Shown: one piece after another, positions 1 to 9,853 of the stretch | Layout: every line of letters begins with the position of its first letter | Position numbering within the stretch: position 1 is the first letter of the stretch | From: an uncultured delta proteobacterium | GTDB lineage: Bacteria; Desulfobacterota; Binatia; Bin18 | Direction of reading: 5' to 3' | DNA length: 64,000 nucleotides | Assembly: GCA_963733195.1 (NCBI GenBank) | Contig: CAVTCR010000073.1 | Coordinates: forward strand, 128,001-192,000 | Notes under the pieces: model-generated | The model's database searches: none | What the model was told of the DNA's origin: nothing | Seen by the model: the letters and a program-made list of their open reading frames with translations, nothing else | Translations under genes and position numbers: made by a program

Positions 1-68
1 CCAAAAGAACAAGTTGAAAAGATTCCCAGCCAATACGTCGCATCATTGAGGAGCATCCGTATGCACAT
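1..68 (-). CDS. Possible 5' end of a gene running off the window edge
   Basis: ATG at 68 preceded by GGGAGG on the minus strand; only about 22 codons are visible. Confidence 0.25.
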   Translation of the reverse strand, partial: MCIRMLLNDATYWLGIFSTCSF

Positions 69-129
69 GAGACCTCCCGGAAAAGGGGCGACTTCGTGCC
101 CCACCGGGTGCTCCCTCGAAAATAGTGGC

Positions 130-1384
130 TTAACCAGGCAACGCGAGGGAGCGCTCTTCTAGGCTTTGGACGGTCACGTGTAGCCCAAGGCGTTCGAGTC
201 GCTTCAGGAGCATCCGTTTCCGGTGGTCGGCGTTGAGGCGGTCCACATAATCTGCACCCAATTCTCGGTCCGGCTGTTTGGCTTTGAGCCTATGATACAC
301 TATCCCCAAGATCGTATGGGCGACGGCGACAATCGCGCGCTTCTTCCCCTTACGGGCAGCGAGGCGACGGAACCGAGTCGCCAAGTAGGTGTCCTTGGTA
401 TGCGACGCCGCCCAAGCAGCTTGACAGAGACTACGCCGCAACCACGCGTTCCCCTTACGAGAGGTCCCCGACAAGCGCTTGCCAGCGCTCTCGTGATTGC
501 CGGGACACAGACCCGCCCAGCTGGCCAAGTGCTGGGCAGAAGGAAACTGCTCCTTATTCACTCCGATCTCGGCCACCAGATTGGTGGCGGCGACCTCCTC
601 AATGCCGGGAATCGTCGTACACAGGGTGATAGCGTCCTGGTACTCTGTGACATGCGCTTAAATCTGTTCGTCCAGCCTTGCAATCTGGGATTCCAGGAAT
701 GCCAATTGTTCCCACTGCGAGACGCAACCGCCAGCGATGGTGGTCTGTGAGGCGGCCGTGGAGCGCGAGCTGCAGGGCGGGAATCTTCTCCCGCAAACGG
801 CCGCGGGCTAGGTCAGCGCGTGTGGCGACATCTTCTTCCCCGCCAGCAGTTGGGCGGGCATAGCGCGGCCCAGAAACCCCTAACCAGTCACTCGCCACCG
901 AGGCCAGCTTGAGGTTAGCGTCCTCCAGGATCTTTTGCCTGCGCTTGGCGACCGCCGTGTGATCCTGACGCAGACTCGTTCGCAGCCGGGTGAGGTCCCG
1001 CAGCTCCCGTATCGGCGGTGGAGGCCAGAAGCTGCCCCGCAGCAACCCCTGCTGGAGTAAGTCCGCAATCCATTGATAGTCTTTCGGGGTCAGTTTTGCG
1101 GCCGGGGACCGCTTTGATGTGCTGAGCATTGATTAGCAACACCTCAAACTGTCCTTCCAGGATGTTCCAGACCGGCTGCCAATAAACCCCCGTGGATTCC
1201 ATTGCCACATGAGTGACCTGCAGGCCGTGCAACCAGTCTGTCAACTCCAGCAGGTCGCGGGTCATGGTCCCGAACCGACGAATCTCCTGCTGGGTGGTAC
1301 CGGCAGCGTCCCGCAGAAGAACACAGGTGGTGATCCTCTTCTTGTGCACGTCCAATCCACAACAGCGAGCATACCTGACGCACC
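130..1384 (-). pseudogene. IS110-family (DEDD/RuvC-like plus Tnp20) transposase, several frameshifts
   Basis: Motifs CCGLDVHK, AMESTGVYW, GRKTD and the C-terminal ASWAGLCPGNHESAGK, spread over ORFs 915-1355, 599-1129 and 130-576; AGGAGG RBS near 1392-1397. Confidence 0.9.
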
Positions 1385-1399
1385 TGCCTCCCTCCTTCC

Positions 1400-1628
1400 A
1401 CGCGTCAAAAGCCGAGCGTCTACTCTCAGTAGACTCTCCCTCGCGTGCTCGCCACTGATAGCGGCGGCGACAATTCGTTATGCCTGCGGGCGCTCCGGTT
1501 ACACTGGTGCGCGGGCTTCTACAGCGCCAGCACCCTTCAACCTCTCTGCTCTTGACGACGCACCCTCAAGAGAAGCACAGTCCGTCCTCATTTTCATCCT
1601 TCACTGTGAGCACTCAGCTCATCACCCA
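1400..1628 (-). ncRNA. Predicted IS110 bridge RNA
   Basis: Non-coding end upstream of the transposase, with guide-like matches to the reconstructed target (1504-1510, 1527-1535) and donor junction (1436-1443, partial at 1472-1482). Confidence 0.7.
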
Positions 1629-1680
1629 CTGGTGCCATTCGCAAACCCAGGACGCGCGAGGGTAGGTGCGGAGGCACTGC

Positions 1681-1990
1681 TCAGGCAGCCAATACTGCCT
1701 CCCAGATCTGTGGAGTTCGTGCATGAGGGGAGCAGAGGACCGAGACATCAAATTGCCCTTTCTTCATCTGGTGAACGAGTTCGATGCCAGTGCTAGTAGT
1801 AGTCGTGTAATCAAAGCGCTTGCATCCCAGCATCGGTCGCACGCGCTGTTTCACTCGCCTGTGGTCCTGCGCAATCAGGGTGTTCACATAGCGGTTCGTC
1901 CGCCCACGGAGTGTTGTTGGTAAGAGGCCCTCTGCTTGGAGTTCGCCTACCGCGACATGCGAGGCGGTATAGCCGTCAAGGGCCATCTTC
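1681..1990 (-). pseudogene. IS6-family transposase, C-terminal fragment
   Basis: DGYTASH...TNRYVNTLIAQDHRRVKQRVRPMLG resembles the IS6 DDE C-terminus; truncated at the next IS6 end. Confidence 0.8.
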
Positions 1991-2797
1991 GGCTTTGTCG
2001 CAACTTTGCAGGTGAGAGTTGATCCGCTATGCTTCTTCCCTGATTGGGCGGTGGAAGAGGAGCGGGATGAGCGATTTCAAGGGGAGCCCATTTGAGCGAG
2101 AGATCATTATGTGGGCCGTACGGTGGTATGTTGCGTATCCCATCTCTTATCGACAGCTCGAGGAGAGGATGGGCGAGCGAGGGGTGGCTGTGGATCATTC
2201 CACCCTTAATCGGTGGGGCATTAAATACGCTCCCGAGTTTGAGAAGCAGTTCCGTTGCCGGCAGCGCGCCGTGGGAAAGAGCTGGCGGCTCGACGAGACC
2301 TACGTGAAAATCAGAGGGAAATGGGCGTATTTGTATCGCGCCGTCGATAAAGACGGCCACCCCATTGATTTTTTGCTGACCCCCCAGCGCGATCGGGACG
2401 CTGCAGAGACCTTCTTACGCAAAGCTATTCGTAGTCAGGGACTCCCAGAGAACATCACGATCGACCAGAGTGGCAGTAACACGGCAGCAATCACGCACTA
2501 CAATAAGACGCAGAAGACCGCGCTTGTCATCTGCCACTCGAAATATCTCAATAACATCGTCGAGCAAGACCATCGGGCAGGGAAACGGCTGACGCGTCCC
2601 ATGTTGGGTTTCCAATCCTTTTGGGCGGCCCGCTGTACGGTCGCCGGCATAGGGGTGAGGCATGCGATTCGCAAAGGCCAGCTGATATGCACTGGGAATG
2701 CACCTCAAACGCCGGCGGAGCAATGCTATGCTTTGGCCGCATAAGTCACTAAAAGTAAATACTACGCTCGTCTCCATTTTAACTTTGCGACGGAATC
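1991..2797 (+). mobile_element. IS6-family insertion sequence
   Basis: Imperfect terminal inverted repeats GGCTTTGTCGCAACTTT (1991-2007) and AACTTTGCGACGGAATC (2781-2797); no target-site duplication. Confidence 0.8.
2067..2744 (+). CDS. IS6-family DDE transposase
   Basis: AVRWY..YPISYRQLEE, WRLDETYVKIRGKWAYLYRAVD, YLNNIVEQDHR; RBS GAGGAG before ATG 2067. Confidence 0.92.
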   Translation: MSDFKGSPFEREIIMWAVRWYVAYPISYRQLEERMGERGVAVDHSTLNRWGIKYAPEFEKQFRCRQRAVGKSWRLDETYVKIRGKWAYLYRAVDKDGHPIDFLLTPQRDRDAAETFLRKAIRSQGLPENITIDQSGSNTAAITHYNKTQKTALVICHSKYLNNIVEQDHRAGKRLTRPMLGFQSFWAARCTVAGIGVRHAIRKGQLICTGNAPQTPAEQCYALAA

Positions 2798-3576
2798 TTG
2801 CATAGTGCTGCTCAATGTACGTGTCGTATTCATGCACTTGGGTGGTGTAGAAATCATACAAGGCCAGCGCCTGCTTGAGGGCAAAGACGTGTTCGGGCCG
2901 GTAGTGGCCGCTCAGCGCTTTGGCAATCTCGGCGGCACTCGCATGGCAGCGCTCATGGCGTAGCTGGGCCAGGGCCTGCGGATCACGCTCGCCCGCGACG
3001 ATCGCGCGAATCAGCCGCAGCCCGGTGAGACCCATAATGTCACTCACCACTTGCGTCAACTAGCACGTTCATCTGCTGCAACGCTTTCTGCATATGCTGG
3101 ATATGCGTGGCGCGATTCTCGAGCAACATGGTCCGTTGCCGCAAATAGGTCCGCAACACCCGCATCTCTTCCGCCGGACGAAAAGACGCCGTGAGCAACC
3201 CATAGCTATGCAACTGCTGCAACCACTGACAATCTTGTACCCCGCTCTTGCGCCCCGGCACGTGCTTCAGATGGCGCGCATTGACCACCTAGACCTCCAT
3301 CCCGCGTGCTTCCAACACTTCATAGAGCGGAATCCAATACACCCCTGTCGATTCCAGCGCCACGCTCGTCACCTGACACTGCCCCAACCAATCCGCCAAC
3401 GCATACAAGTCTGGCGTAAACGTGCCAAAGGCCCGCACCGGCTGCGCCGCGCGCTCGGCGGGCACGCTGACCCACATCTCTTCCGCTCCAATGTCCACCC
3501 CCGCCGCCGCACGATTCTGTACTCCCAGCTTCGGGGGTACTACCGCTTGGGGCGCCCGCCGCTTGGGTCTCTGCAT
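2798..3576 (-). pseudogene. IS110-family transposase (copy 2), with in-frame stop and frameshift, truncated by IS6
   Basis: AAGVDIGAEE, VALESTGVYWIPLYEVLE, VNARHLKHVPGRKS; TAG at 3289-3291; homology ends at the IS6 right inverted repeat. Confidence 0.88.
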
Positions 3577-3589
3577 CGCCTTGTTCCTC

Positions 3590-3830
3590 CTGTCCCTGGT
3601 CTTCAGCCCCAGACCTGGACACCTCAGTCCCACCTACGCTGCTCAGCGGGGTCGCGGCTTGGTGCCAGCCTCGCCTCCATTCTTTGCTCCATTAGGGTCC
3701 AGAACCAGTCTCAGCATCGGGCTCCTGCAGCACCATTCGTAACGCCGGTCTTAGCTTGTCGGGGCAGGTCGCTGAGGATAGCACTCTCCCGTTTCTGTCT
3801 CCATGCTGAGCGCCCCGCGCTCTGGGGACT
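3590..3830 (-). ncRNA. Candidate bridge RNA / non-coding end of the second IS110
   Basis: Non-coding region upstream of the transposase sharing the CGGGCT...CAGC(A/G)CCA scaffold motif with copy 1. Confidence 0.45.
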
Positions 3831-3969
3831 CAGCATGAACGGGTGTTCTGGTTTAAGGTGAGGATTATTCCGCTTGTCCTGAGCGTCGTCGCGTAAGCGA
3901 CAAAGTCGAAGGGCGGAGAGAAAGGAGACGTTGCACGCGGGCAAATTTTCCTCTCCTTCTTCCGTTCCT

Positions 3970-4722
3970 CTATCGAAACAAATCCGCCTCTGCTGGACGA
4001 ATTAGCTTCTTGCTGTCACCTTCAGCGGGAATAAACTGATAACCTCGGATGATAACTGCCGGGACTCCAGCTCCTTTTTCCATTAATAATCCTGCGGCGG
4101 CAGCAAGTTCATCAGCGACCGCGACAACCGTGTGATGCAGCTCGCGTCCCCGTAGGTCAGTGGCACCACGGAGATCGAGTAATGGCTCAAGTCCTGACAC
4201 ACCAAGCGCGAACTCGACCAGCCCATCACGCCATGGGCGACCAAATGTATCGGTGATGATAACACCCAGTGTGACTTTGCGCTGTTCTTGGAGGGCAAGC
4301 CGTAGCGCACGAGCTGATCCATCAATGTCCTTGGGAAGAAGAATAGCGATATCATCCCCAAGGCTGTTCGATTCATCCATCCCTGAGTTTGCGCACACCC
4401 AACCATGCTTGGTCTCGGTGATCACCACACCGTTCTTCATCCGCACGATACGGCTACTCTCACGCAGAACGACCTCTACTGCTCGTGGGTCTTTGTCCCA
4501 TTGCGTGGCGATTTGCTGTGCGAAGGGTGAAGGCTCGACAGTTTTGAGATCGACGATCGCCCCTTCTGCCTTTGACACGATCTTCTGACAGAGAATAACC
4601 ACATCGCCGTTTTGCAGGCCAATCTGTGCCTTATCGATAGCGCTTAGCAAAATCGCTGGGAGGTTGTCTCCTGGAGAAATTGCTGGGATACCGGGAATGG
4701 GAATGATTGAGATTGTATTCAT
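3970..4722 (-). CDS. cofE: Coenzyme F420-0:L-glutamate ligase
   Basis: QKIVSKAEG, CANSGMDESN, DTFGRPWRDG, AVADELAAAA motifs; adjacent to cofD. Confidence 0.93.
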   Translation of the reverse strand: MNTISIIPIPGIPAISPGDNLPAILLSAIDKAQIGLQNGDVVILCQKIVSKAEGAIVDLKTVEPSPFAQQIATQWDKDPRAVEVVLRESSRIVRMKNGVVITETKHGWVCANSGMDESNSLGDDIAILLPKDIDGSARALRLALQEQRKVTLGVIITDTFGRPWRDGLVEFALGVSGLEPLLDLRGATDLRGRELHHTVVAVADELAAAAGLLMEKGAGVPAVIIRGYQFIPAEGDSKKLIRPAEADLFR

Positions 4723-4770
4723 AATATCCTAATGCATGATGCGTGAAACGTAATGCGTAAAGTGTGAAAC

Positions 4771-4812
4771 GTAGAACGTAAACTCTGACGTTGTCGCGCG
4801 TTTACGTTCTAC
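4771..4812. repeat. Perfect 13-bp inverted repeat within a 7-nt periodic tract
   Basis: GTAGAACGTAAAC (4771-4783) and GTTTACGTTCTAC (4800-4812). Confidence 0.6.
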
Positions 4813-4815
4813 TCT

Positions 4816-5787
4816 TTATGTATTCTGAGGCAAGCAGCGTTTCTTGTGAGGATATTCTATAACGGCCTGTGCTAACGCAATCGATTTCTCCATATCGCTC
4901 ATAATCGTGTCAGTGACGATCACCGATATGCCGAGTTGCTCTATCTGTTGCCTCTGTTGCTGGTCTTGTGAATCAATGACAAAAGTATTGAGGAAGTCCC
5001 GATAAAGACCAGCGACGCCGACCGCTGAGACATCGATTCCGAGACCACTGAGTAAGCGGTCTGCGGGTCCTTTGATTGGCTTGCCGGCAACGAGCGGGCT
5101 GATCGCAACGATTGGTGCGGCAGTTTCTCGCAATGCCGATCGCACGCCGGGGAGTGCCAGAATCGGACCAATACTTACAATCGGATTGCTCGGCGGAAAA
5201 ATCACTAGATGTGCAGAACGAATCGCATCGCAGACGTCAGGAGCGGCAGTCGCGTCCTCGATGCCACGGAATTCGACATTATTCACAGTTCCCTCACTTC
5301 GGCGTTTAACAAAATATTCCTGAAACGGAAGTGCTCCAGCTTCGGTGTGAACAATAGTACGCACAGGATCGTTACTCATGGGAAGAATAGTGGCACGGAC
5401 GTTCCATGATTGTGCGATGGCCTGAGTGATTTCGCTCAGTGACTTCCCCTGGCGCAATTGTTGGGTACGGAAGAGGTGCGTGGCAAGATCGGTATCCCCC
5501 AAACCGAACCAGTTCTCAGGATAGTAGCGACCTAATGCGTTGAGGCAGCGAAAGGTTTCTTCTGGAAGTCCCCAGCCCTTTCCCGTATCCACTGAGCCGG
5601 CGAGCGTATAAGTGATCGTATCGAGATCAGGGGAAACTGAGAGGCCAAAAAATTCGTCATCATCCCCAGTATTAACGATGACACACAATCGCACTGGATC
5701 TATGACGCGTACAAGGCCGCGTAAAAAACGTGCGGCGCCAACTCCTCCAGCCAGAGCAGTGACGGTGAGATCTGTGGGTATCGTCAC
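4816..5787 (-). CDS. cofD: 2-phospho-L-lactate/EPPG:FO transferase (CofD/FbiA)
   Basis: LAGGVGAARFLRGL, VNTGDD, SPDLDT, WFGLGDTDLATH, PSNPIVSIGPIL, KGPA. Confidence 0.95.
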   Translation of the reverse strand: MTIPTDLTVTALAGGVGAARFLRGLVRVIDPVRLCVIVNTGDDDEFFGLSVSPDLDTITYTLAGSVDTGKGWGLPEETFRCLNALGRYYPENWFGLGDTDLATHLFRTQQLRQGKSLSEITQAIAQSWNVRATILPMSNDPVRTIVHTEAGALPFQEYFVKRRSEGTVNNVEFRGIEDATAAPDVCDAIRSAHLVIFPPSNPIVSIGPILALPGVRSALRETAAPIVAISPLVAGKPIKGPADRLLSGLGIDVSAVGVAGLYRDFLNTFVIDSQDQQQRQQIEQLGISVIVTDTIMSDMEKSIALAQAVIEYPHKKRCLPQNT

Positions 5788-5855
5788 GCGCGCTCCTGGC
5801 CTGCCCTTTTATTATTTCCCCGTTTCGCCTGTGGGGAGAGTAATGTGTGGCGAGG

Positions 5856-7142
5856 TTAATGTGATACTTGCTGCTTCTCGCGTTCAAACGGATGGACGTA
5901 GCGAAATTGGTCGGAGGCAGCAAGTCGTTTGTATGAACCAAAACGTTCGTCTGGATTCTCAACCAGATCAAGCGGACTCAATTCCTCATCATCACCCGTA
6001 AAGATTTTTCGCAAGGTGTACGTTGTCGTGCGTTCCGCTGGGGTGCGCCCGAGGTCGCGTGTCAACCGGCGTAATTCCTTAGGTGGGACGAGTTGTCCAT
6101 ATTGTGCGCCAGCCGAGGTGGAGATGCTTTCATTAATGAGCGTTCCACCAAGGTCATTGGCACCTACAGTCAATAGATATTGCGCCATCTTAGGGCCTTC
6201 TTTGACCCACGAAGCCTGAATGTTGCGGAACGTAGGTCCCAACATCAGCCGAGCAACTGCATGCATCTTGACGACTTCCGCGCCAGTCGCACCTTGTCGG
6301 ACATTCTTGACGAGCTTGCGTTGGTACATCGGGGCTTCTTGATGAATCAACGAGAGTGGCACGAATTCCGTAAACCCACCGGTCTCTTTCTGAATATCAC
6401 GTAGCAAGTTCATGTGCTTGACCCAGTGCACCGGAGTCTCGACATGGCCATACATGATAGTCGAGGTCGTCGGGATTCCGAGACTGTGAGCAGATGTGAT
6501 GACCTCGATCCACTGTTGTACCGTCACACGGCCTGGGGCAATAATGTCACGAATATCCTGATCGAGAATTTCTGCCGAGGTTCCTGGCAGAGTGCCTAAG
6601 CCTGCTTCTTTCAACTCTTTGAGATACTGGATGACTGGAATGCCGGCACGAACAGAGCCGTAGTTCACCTCCTCCGGTGAAAACGCATGAACATGCAGAT
6701 CAGGCAATACTTTCTTCACCGCTCGGGTCAGATCGATGTACAAGCGACCATCCATCTTTGGCGGTAAGCCTGCTTGCATGCAGACCTCAGTGGCCCCCAT
6801 ATCAACGGCTTCTTGTGCGCGCCGAATAATTTCTTCCATGGGCAGGAAGTAGCCTTGTTCTTCGCGATACTCGCGGCTGAACGCGCAGAAGGTGCAGTGT
6901 TTGATGCAGACGTTCGTGAAGTTGATGTTGCGATTGACAACGTACGTGACGACTTCACCGACGTGGCGGCGACGCATTTCATCAGCGACGAGGCCTACAG
7001 CTTGAAGGTCAAGACCGTTGGTGTCACACAGCCGTAGACCTTCGCTCCACGAAATCTCCTCACCATCGAGAGCACGATTAAGGATCGTGCTCACTTCACG
7101 ATCAACATGTTCAAGGATAGCAGTCAGTCCGTTGGTTACCAC
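5856..7142 (-). CDS. cofH: FO synthase subunit 2 (radical SAM)
   Basis: YVVNRNINFTNVC...CTFCAF, GATEVCMQAG, PGTSAEIL, NIQASWVKEG; follows cofG. Confidence 0.92.
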   Translation of the reverse strand: MVTNGLTAILEHVDREVSTILNRALDGEEISWSEGLRLCDTNGLDLQAVGLVADEMRRRHVGEVVTYVVNRNINFTNVCIKHCTFCAFSREYREEQGYFLPMEEIIRRAQEAVDMGATEVCMQAGLPPKMDGRLYIDLTRAVKKVLPDLHVHAFSPEEVNYGSVRAGIPVIQYLKELKEAGLGTLPGTSAEILDQDIRDIIAPGRVTVQQWIEVITSAHSLGIPTTSTIMYGHVETPVHWVKHMNLLRDIQKETGGFTEFVPLSLIHQEAPMYQRKLVKNVRQGATGAEVVKMHAVARLMLGPTFRNIQASWVKEGPKMAQYLLTVGANDLGGTLINESISTSAGAQYGQLVPPKELRRLTRDLGRTPAERTTTYTLRKIFTGDDEELSPLDLVENPDERFGSYKRLAASDQFRYVHPFEREKQQVSH

Positions 7143-7244
7143 GGTAAAACTCCTCAGGATTAAAACGTCAAACGTGATGCGTGAGAGTTGCTCACTCCCT
7201 AGGCTCGTTTTGCGCCTTAGTCATTACTCGTTACGTCTGTATTC

Positions 7245-8402
7245 TTAGCAAGCCGCCACTTGCTCTTGTAATTCTTGGGTGCGCGGGCGTAGTGCAGGTA
7301 AGAGAAATCCTGGACGTGTAATGTACTCTGGGTAAATCGCGAGCCGTTCCCGCAACGTGAATCCCTCCTCTTCACATGTCTGTGCGAGCGTTACCAGGTG
7401 AGGCCATGCCGCTTCGGGATTCACGTAATCTTTCGTTACTGGTGAAATACCGCCCCAGTCGTTAATTCCTGCACGCAGGATCAACTTATGATCATGTGGG
7501 CTGAGGTTGGGCGGCGCTTGCAGGTTCATCTTCCCACCCAAGAGCAGTCGTGCAACCGCGACTGTTTTCGCCATCTCCAGACTTTCGGGCTCTGGCGCAT
7601 CAGCCATGCGCGTCTTCGGCTTGGCTCGAAAGTTCTGCACGATGACTTCCTGAATATGGCCGTACTCCCGGTGAATGTCCCGGATGGCGATAAGGCTATC
7701 GACACACTCTTCGCGCGTCTCGCCAATACCGATAAGGATGCCGGTTGTAAATGGAATCTCCAGCTCACCGGCTTCACGTAACATGCGCACACGTACGACA
7801 GGATCTTTGTCAGGTGCAGAGAAGTGGGCCATACCACGTTGGCGTAGGCGCGGGCTGATATTTTCCAGCATCAGACCAAGACTCACGTTCACTTCCTTGA
7901 GCCACTTCATTTCGTTGTAGCTCATCACCCCAGCGTTGGTATGTGGCAACAGTCCCTGCGTGAGTGCGATTTCGCATGCACGATAGATATACTCGGTGGT
8001 GTTCTGATGGCCAAATCCGGCGAGTGTGGCACGATAACCGCTGTACGCGAGCTCTGGTTTATCCCCTAAACACATCAACGCTTCTTTGCAGCCCTGGGCT
8101 CTGCCGCGCTTAACCCAGTCAAGAATCTCGTCTGGTGTCATAGTCCACGCATCAGGATCACGTGGATCTTTGCGGAACGTGCAATACGAACACCGGTCAC
8201 GGCATAAATTGGTAACCGGGAGGAACACCTTACGCGAATATGTAACTGTCCTCCCCTTATGGCGATCACGAAGCTCCCCTGCAGCTGCCAACATGGCAGG
8301 GACATCTTCGTCGGCGCAGCTGATGAGCGTATAACCTTCCTCAGCGGAAAGCGACTTGTCCTGAAGGGCTTTGTTGAGAATCACTAAAAAGTGAGGTTGC
8401 AC
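7245..8402 (-). CDS. cofG: FO synthase subunit 1 (radical SAM)
   Basis: TYSRKVFLPVTNLCRDRCSYCTF, LPHTNAG, HIQEVIVQNF, QAPPNL, GINDWGGISPVT. Confidence 0.95.
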   Translation of the reverse strand: MQPHFLVILNKALQDKSLSAEEGYTLISCADEDVPAMLAAAGELRDRHKGRTVTYSRKVFLPVTNLCRDRCSYCTFRKDPRDPDAWTMTPDEILDWVKRGRAQGCKEALMCLGDKPELAYSGYRATLAGFGHQNTTEYIYRACEIALTQGLLPHTNAGVMSYNEMKWLKEVNVSLGLMLENISPRLRQRGMAHFSAPDKDPVVRVRMLREAGELEIPFTTGILIGIGETREECVDSLIAIRDIHREYGHIQEVIVQNFRAKPKTRMADAPEPESLEMAKTVAVARLLLGGKMNLQAPPNLSPHDHKLILRAGINDWGGISPVTKDYVNPEAAWPHLVTLAQTCEEEGFTLRERLAIYPEYITRPGFLLPALRPRTQELQEQVAAC

Positions 8403-8580
8403 GGAGATCTCCTGCCAACGCTTGCCCGAGTATTAGTGGAGGGGGGTGGTAATGTCAACCAGGTTTTTGCCGAAATATCACTTTTCTGTGATATTACTAA
8501 ACAATATTCTAGCGAAAAGTCTGAAATGATGAAGATTGTAGAGACACTCTCGCTCGCATCTCTACACAAAGGAGGAGAGA

Positions 8581-9453
8581 TTACACGATTTTATTCAACG
8601 GATACTCGATAATTCCTTCAGCTCCGTTCTTGATGAGCTTGGGAATAAGTTCCCGAACTACTTCTTCGCTAATCACACTCTCTACTGCGAACCAATCACT
8701 GTGATAGAGCGGCGAGACGGTTGGTGCGTTGAGACTCGGCAGCATGTTCACAACGGTATCGAGTTTTGCTCTCGGTACATTCAGTTTAATGCCGACCTTG
8801 GCTTCCGCCATGAGCGCGCCTTTGAGCAACAGCGCAATTTGCTCAATCTTCTCGCGCTTTCCTGGATCTTTCCAGGCTTGCCGATTGGCAATGATCTGGG
8901 GATTCGAAGTAAACAGCTCCCACACAATCTTGAGTCCATGCGCACGAATAGTCGAGCCAGACTCGGTCACTTCTACAATCGCATCGACCAAGCCTTCAGC
9001 TGCTTTGGCTTCGGTTGCACCCCACGAGAACTCTACGTCGACTTTGACCTTACGTTCAGCAAAATAGCGGCGTGTATACTCGACTAACTCGGTGGCGATC
9101 CGTTTGCCTTGCAGATCTTCCGGCGTGCGGATGGGAGAATCATGGGGAACGGCAAGGACCCAGCGCGTCGGTTGAAAACTGGCTTTGGAATACACCAGGT
9201 CAGAGATGACCTCAACGTCGGCATCGTACTCCATGATCCAGTCTTTACCAGTAATGCCAGCTTCGAGCGTGCCAGACTCAATGTAGCGTGCTATCTCTTG
9301 GGCACGCACCAGCATGCAACGGATTGAGGGGTCGTCGATGCTGGGAAAATAACTACGAGAACTAGTTGTGATTTTCCATCCAGCCTTGCGAAATAATTCG
9401 ATAGTAGAATTCTCAAGGCTTCCTTTGGGAATACCAAGCTTTAATGCATCCAT
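8581..9453 (-). CDS. hisG: ATP phosphoribosyltransferase (long form)
   Basis: [28 protein letters not shown]-terminal regulatory domain ending [11 protein letters not shown]; start at ATG 9453. Confidence 0.95.
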   Translation of the reverse strand: MDALKLGIPKGSLENSTIELFRKAGWKITTSSRSYFPSIDDPSIRCMLVRAQEIARYIESGTLEAGITGKDWIMEYDADVEVISDLVYSKASFQPTRWVLAVPHDSPIRTPEDLQGKRIATELVEYTRRYFAERKVKVDVEFSWGATEAKAAEGLVDAIVEVTESGSTIRAHGLKIVWELFTSNPQIIANRQAWKDPGKREKIEQIALLLKGALMAEAKVGIKLNVPRAKLDTVVNMLPSLNAPTVSPLYHSDWFAVESVISEEVVRELIPKLIKNGAEGIIEYPLNKIV

Positions 9454-9514
9454 ACGGAAAAAGTTCCTAACATAGGGGTAGCGGGGTCGCAAGTTGGACG
9501 GTGTGAAGATTGTG

Positions 9515-9748
9515 TTACTGACCACCGCGCACGTGCTGCTCAAGCAGTTGGATATGGCGACGCAGCAGGAGGTCGCGATTGCGAAGGGCTTCGACTGCAT
9601 CTTGAGTGAGTCCTGCGACCGCTTTGGGGTCACACGGCACGACATAGGTGACTTCTGGCAGGGCTGGCCCTGGAGGCAATGGCTGGACCCTCGTACTAAA
9701 TGAGCAACCGGAGAAAACCAATCCTAATATAACCAACCCCTTCCTCAT
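9515..9748 (-). CDS. Small hypothetical lipoprotein (77 aa)
   Basis: RBS GAGGAG; [15 protein letters not shown] lipobox; Pro-rich linker followed by a predicted helix. Confidence 0.7.
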   Translation of the reverse strand: MRKGLVILGLVFSGCSFSTRVQPLPPGPALPEVTYVVPCDPKAVAGLTQDAVEALRNRDLLLRRHIQLLEQHVRGGQ

Positions 9749-9853
9749 GATCTCCTCTTTCACACAAGTGCACACATAGTCGTCCCGAGTGGACTCTGCT
9801 ACATATGGCACGCGTACGGCTTTGACAAGACACGCGAGGTGGAGGACAGGACG

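Larger units (their letters stand above)
111..1630 (-). mobile_element. IS110-family element (copy 1), both ends present, CT core at each end
   Basis: CT at 111-112 and 1629-1630; sequences flanking both junctions are matched by short segments of the element's own non-coding region; contains a DEDD transposase. Confidence 0.8.

Noticed and set aside
1209-1796. 195-aa plus-strand ORF
   Set aside because: Antisense to the IS110 transposase and its non-coding end; no recognisable motifs
3094-3861. 255-aa plus-strand ORF
   Set aside because: Shadow of the second IS110
5856-7142. MqnC/MqnE (futalosine pathway) assignment
   Set aside because: Position between cofG and cofD and the QASWVK motif favour CofH
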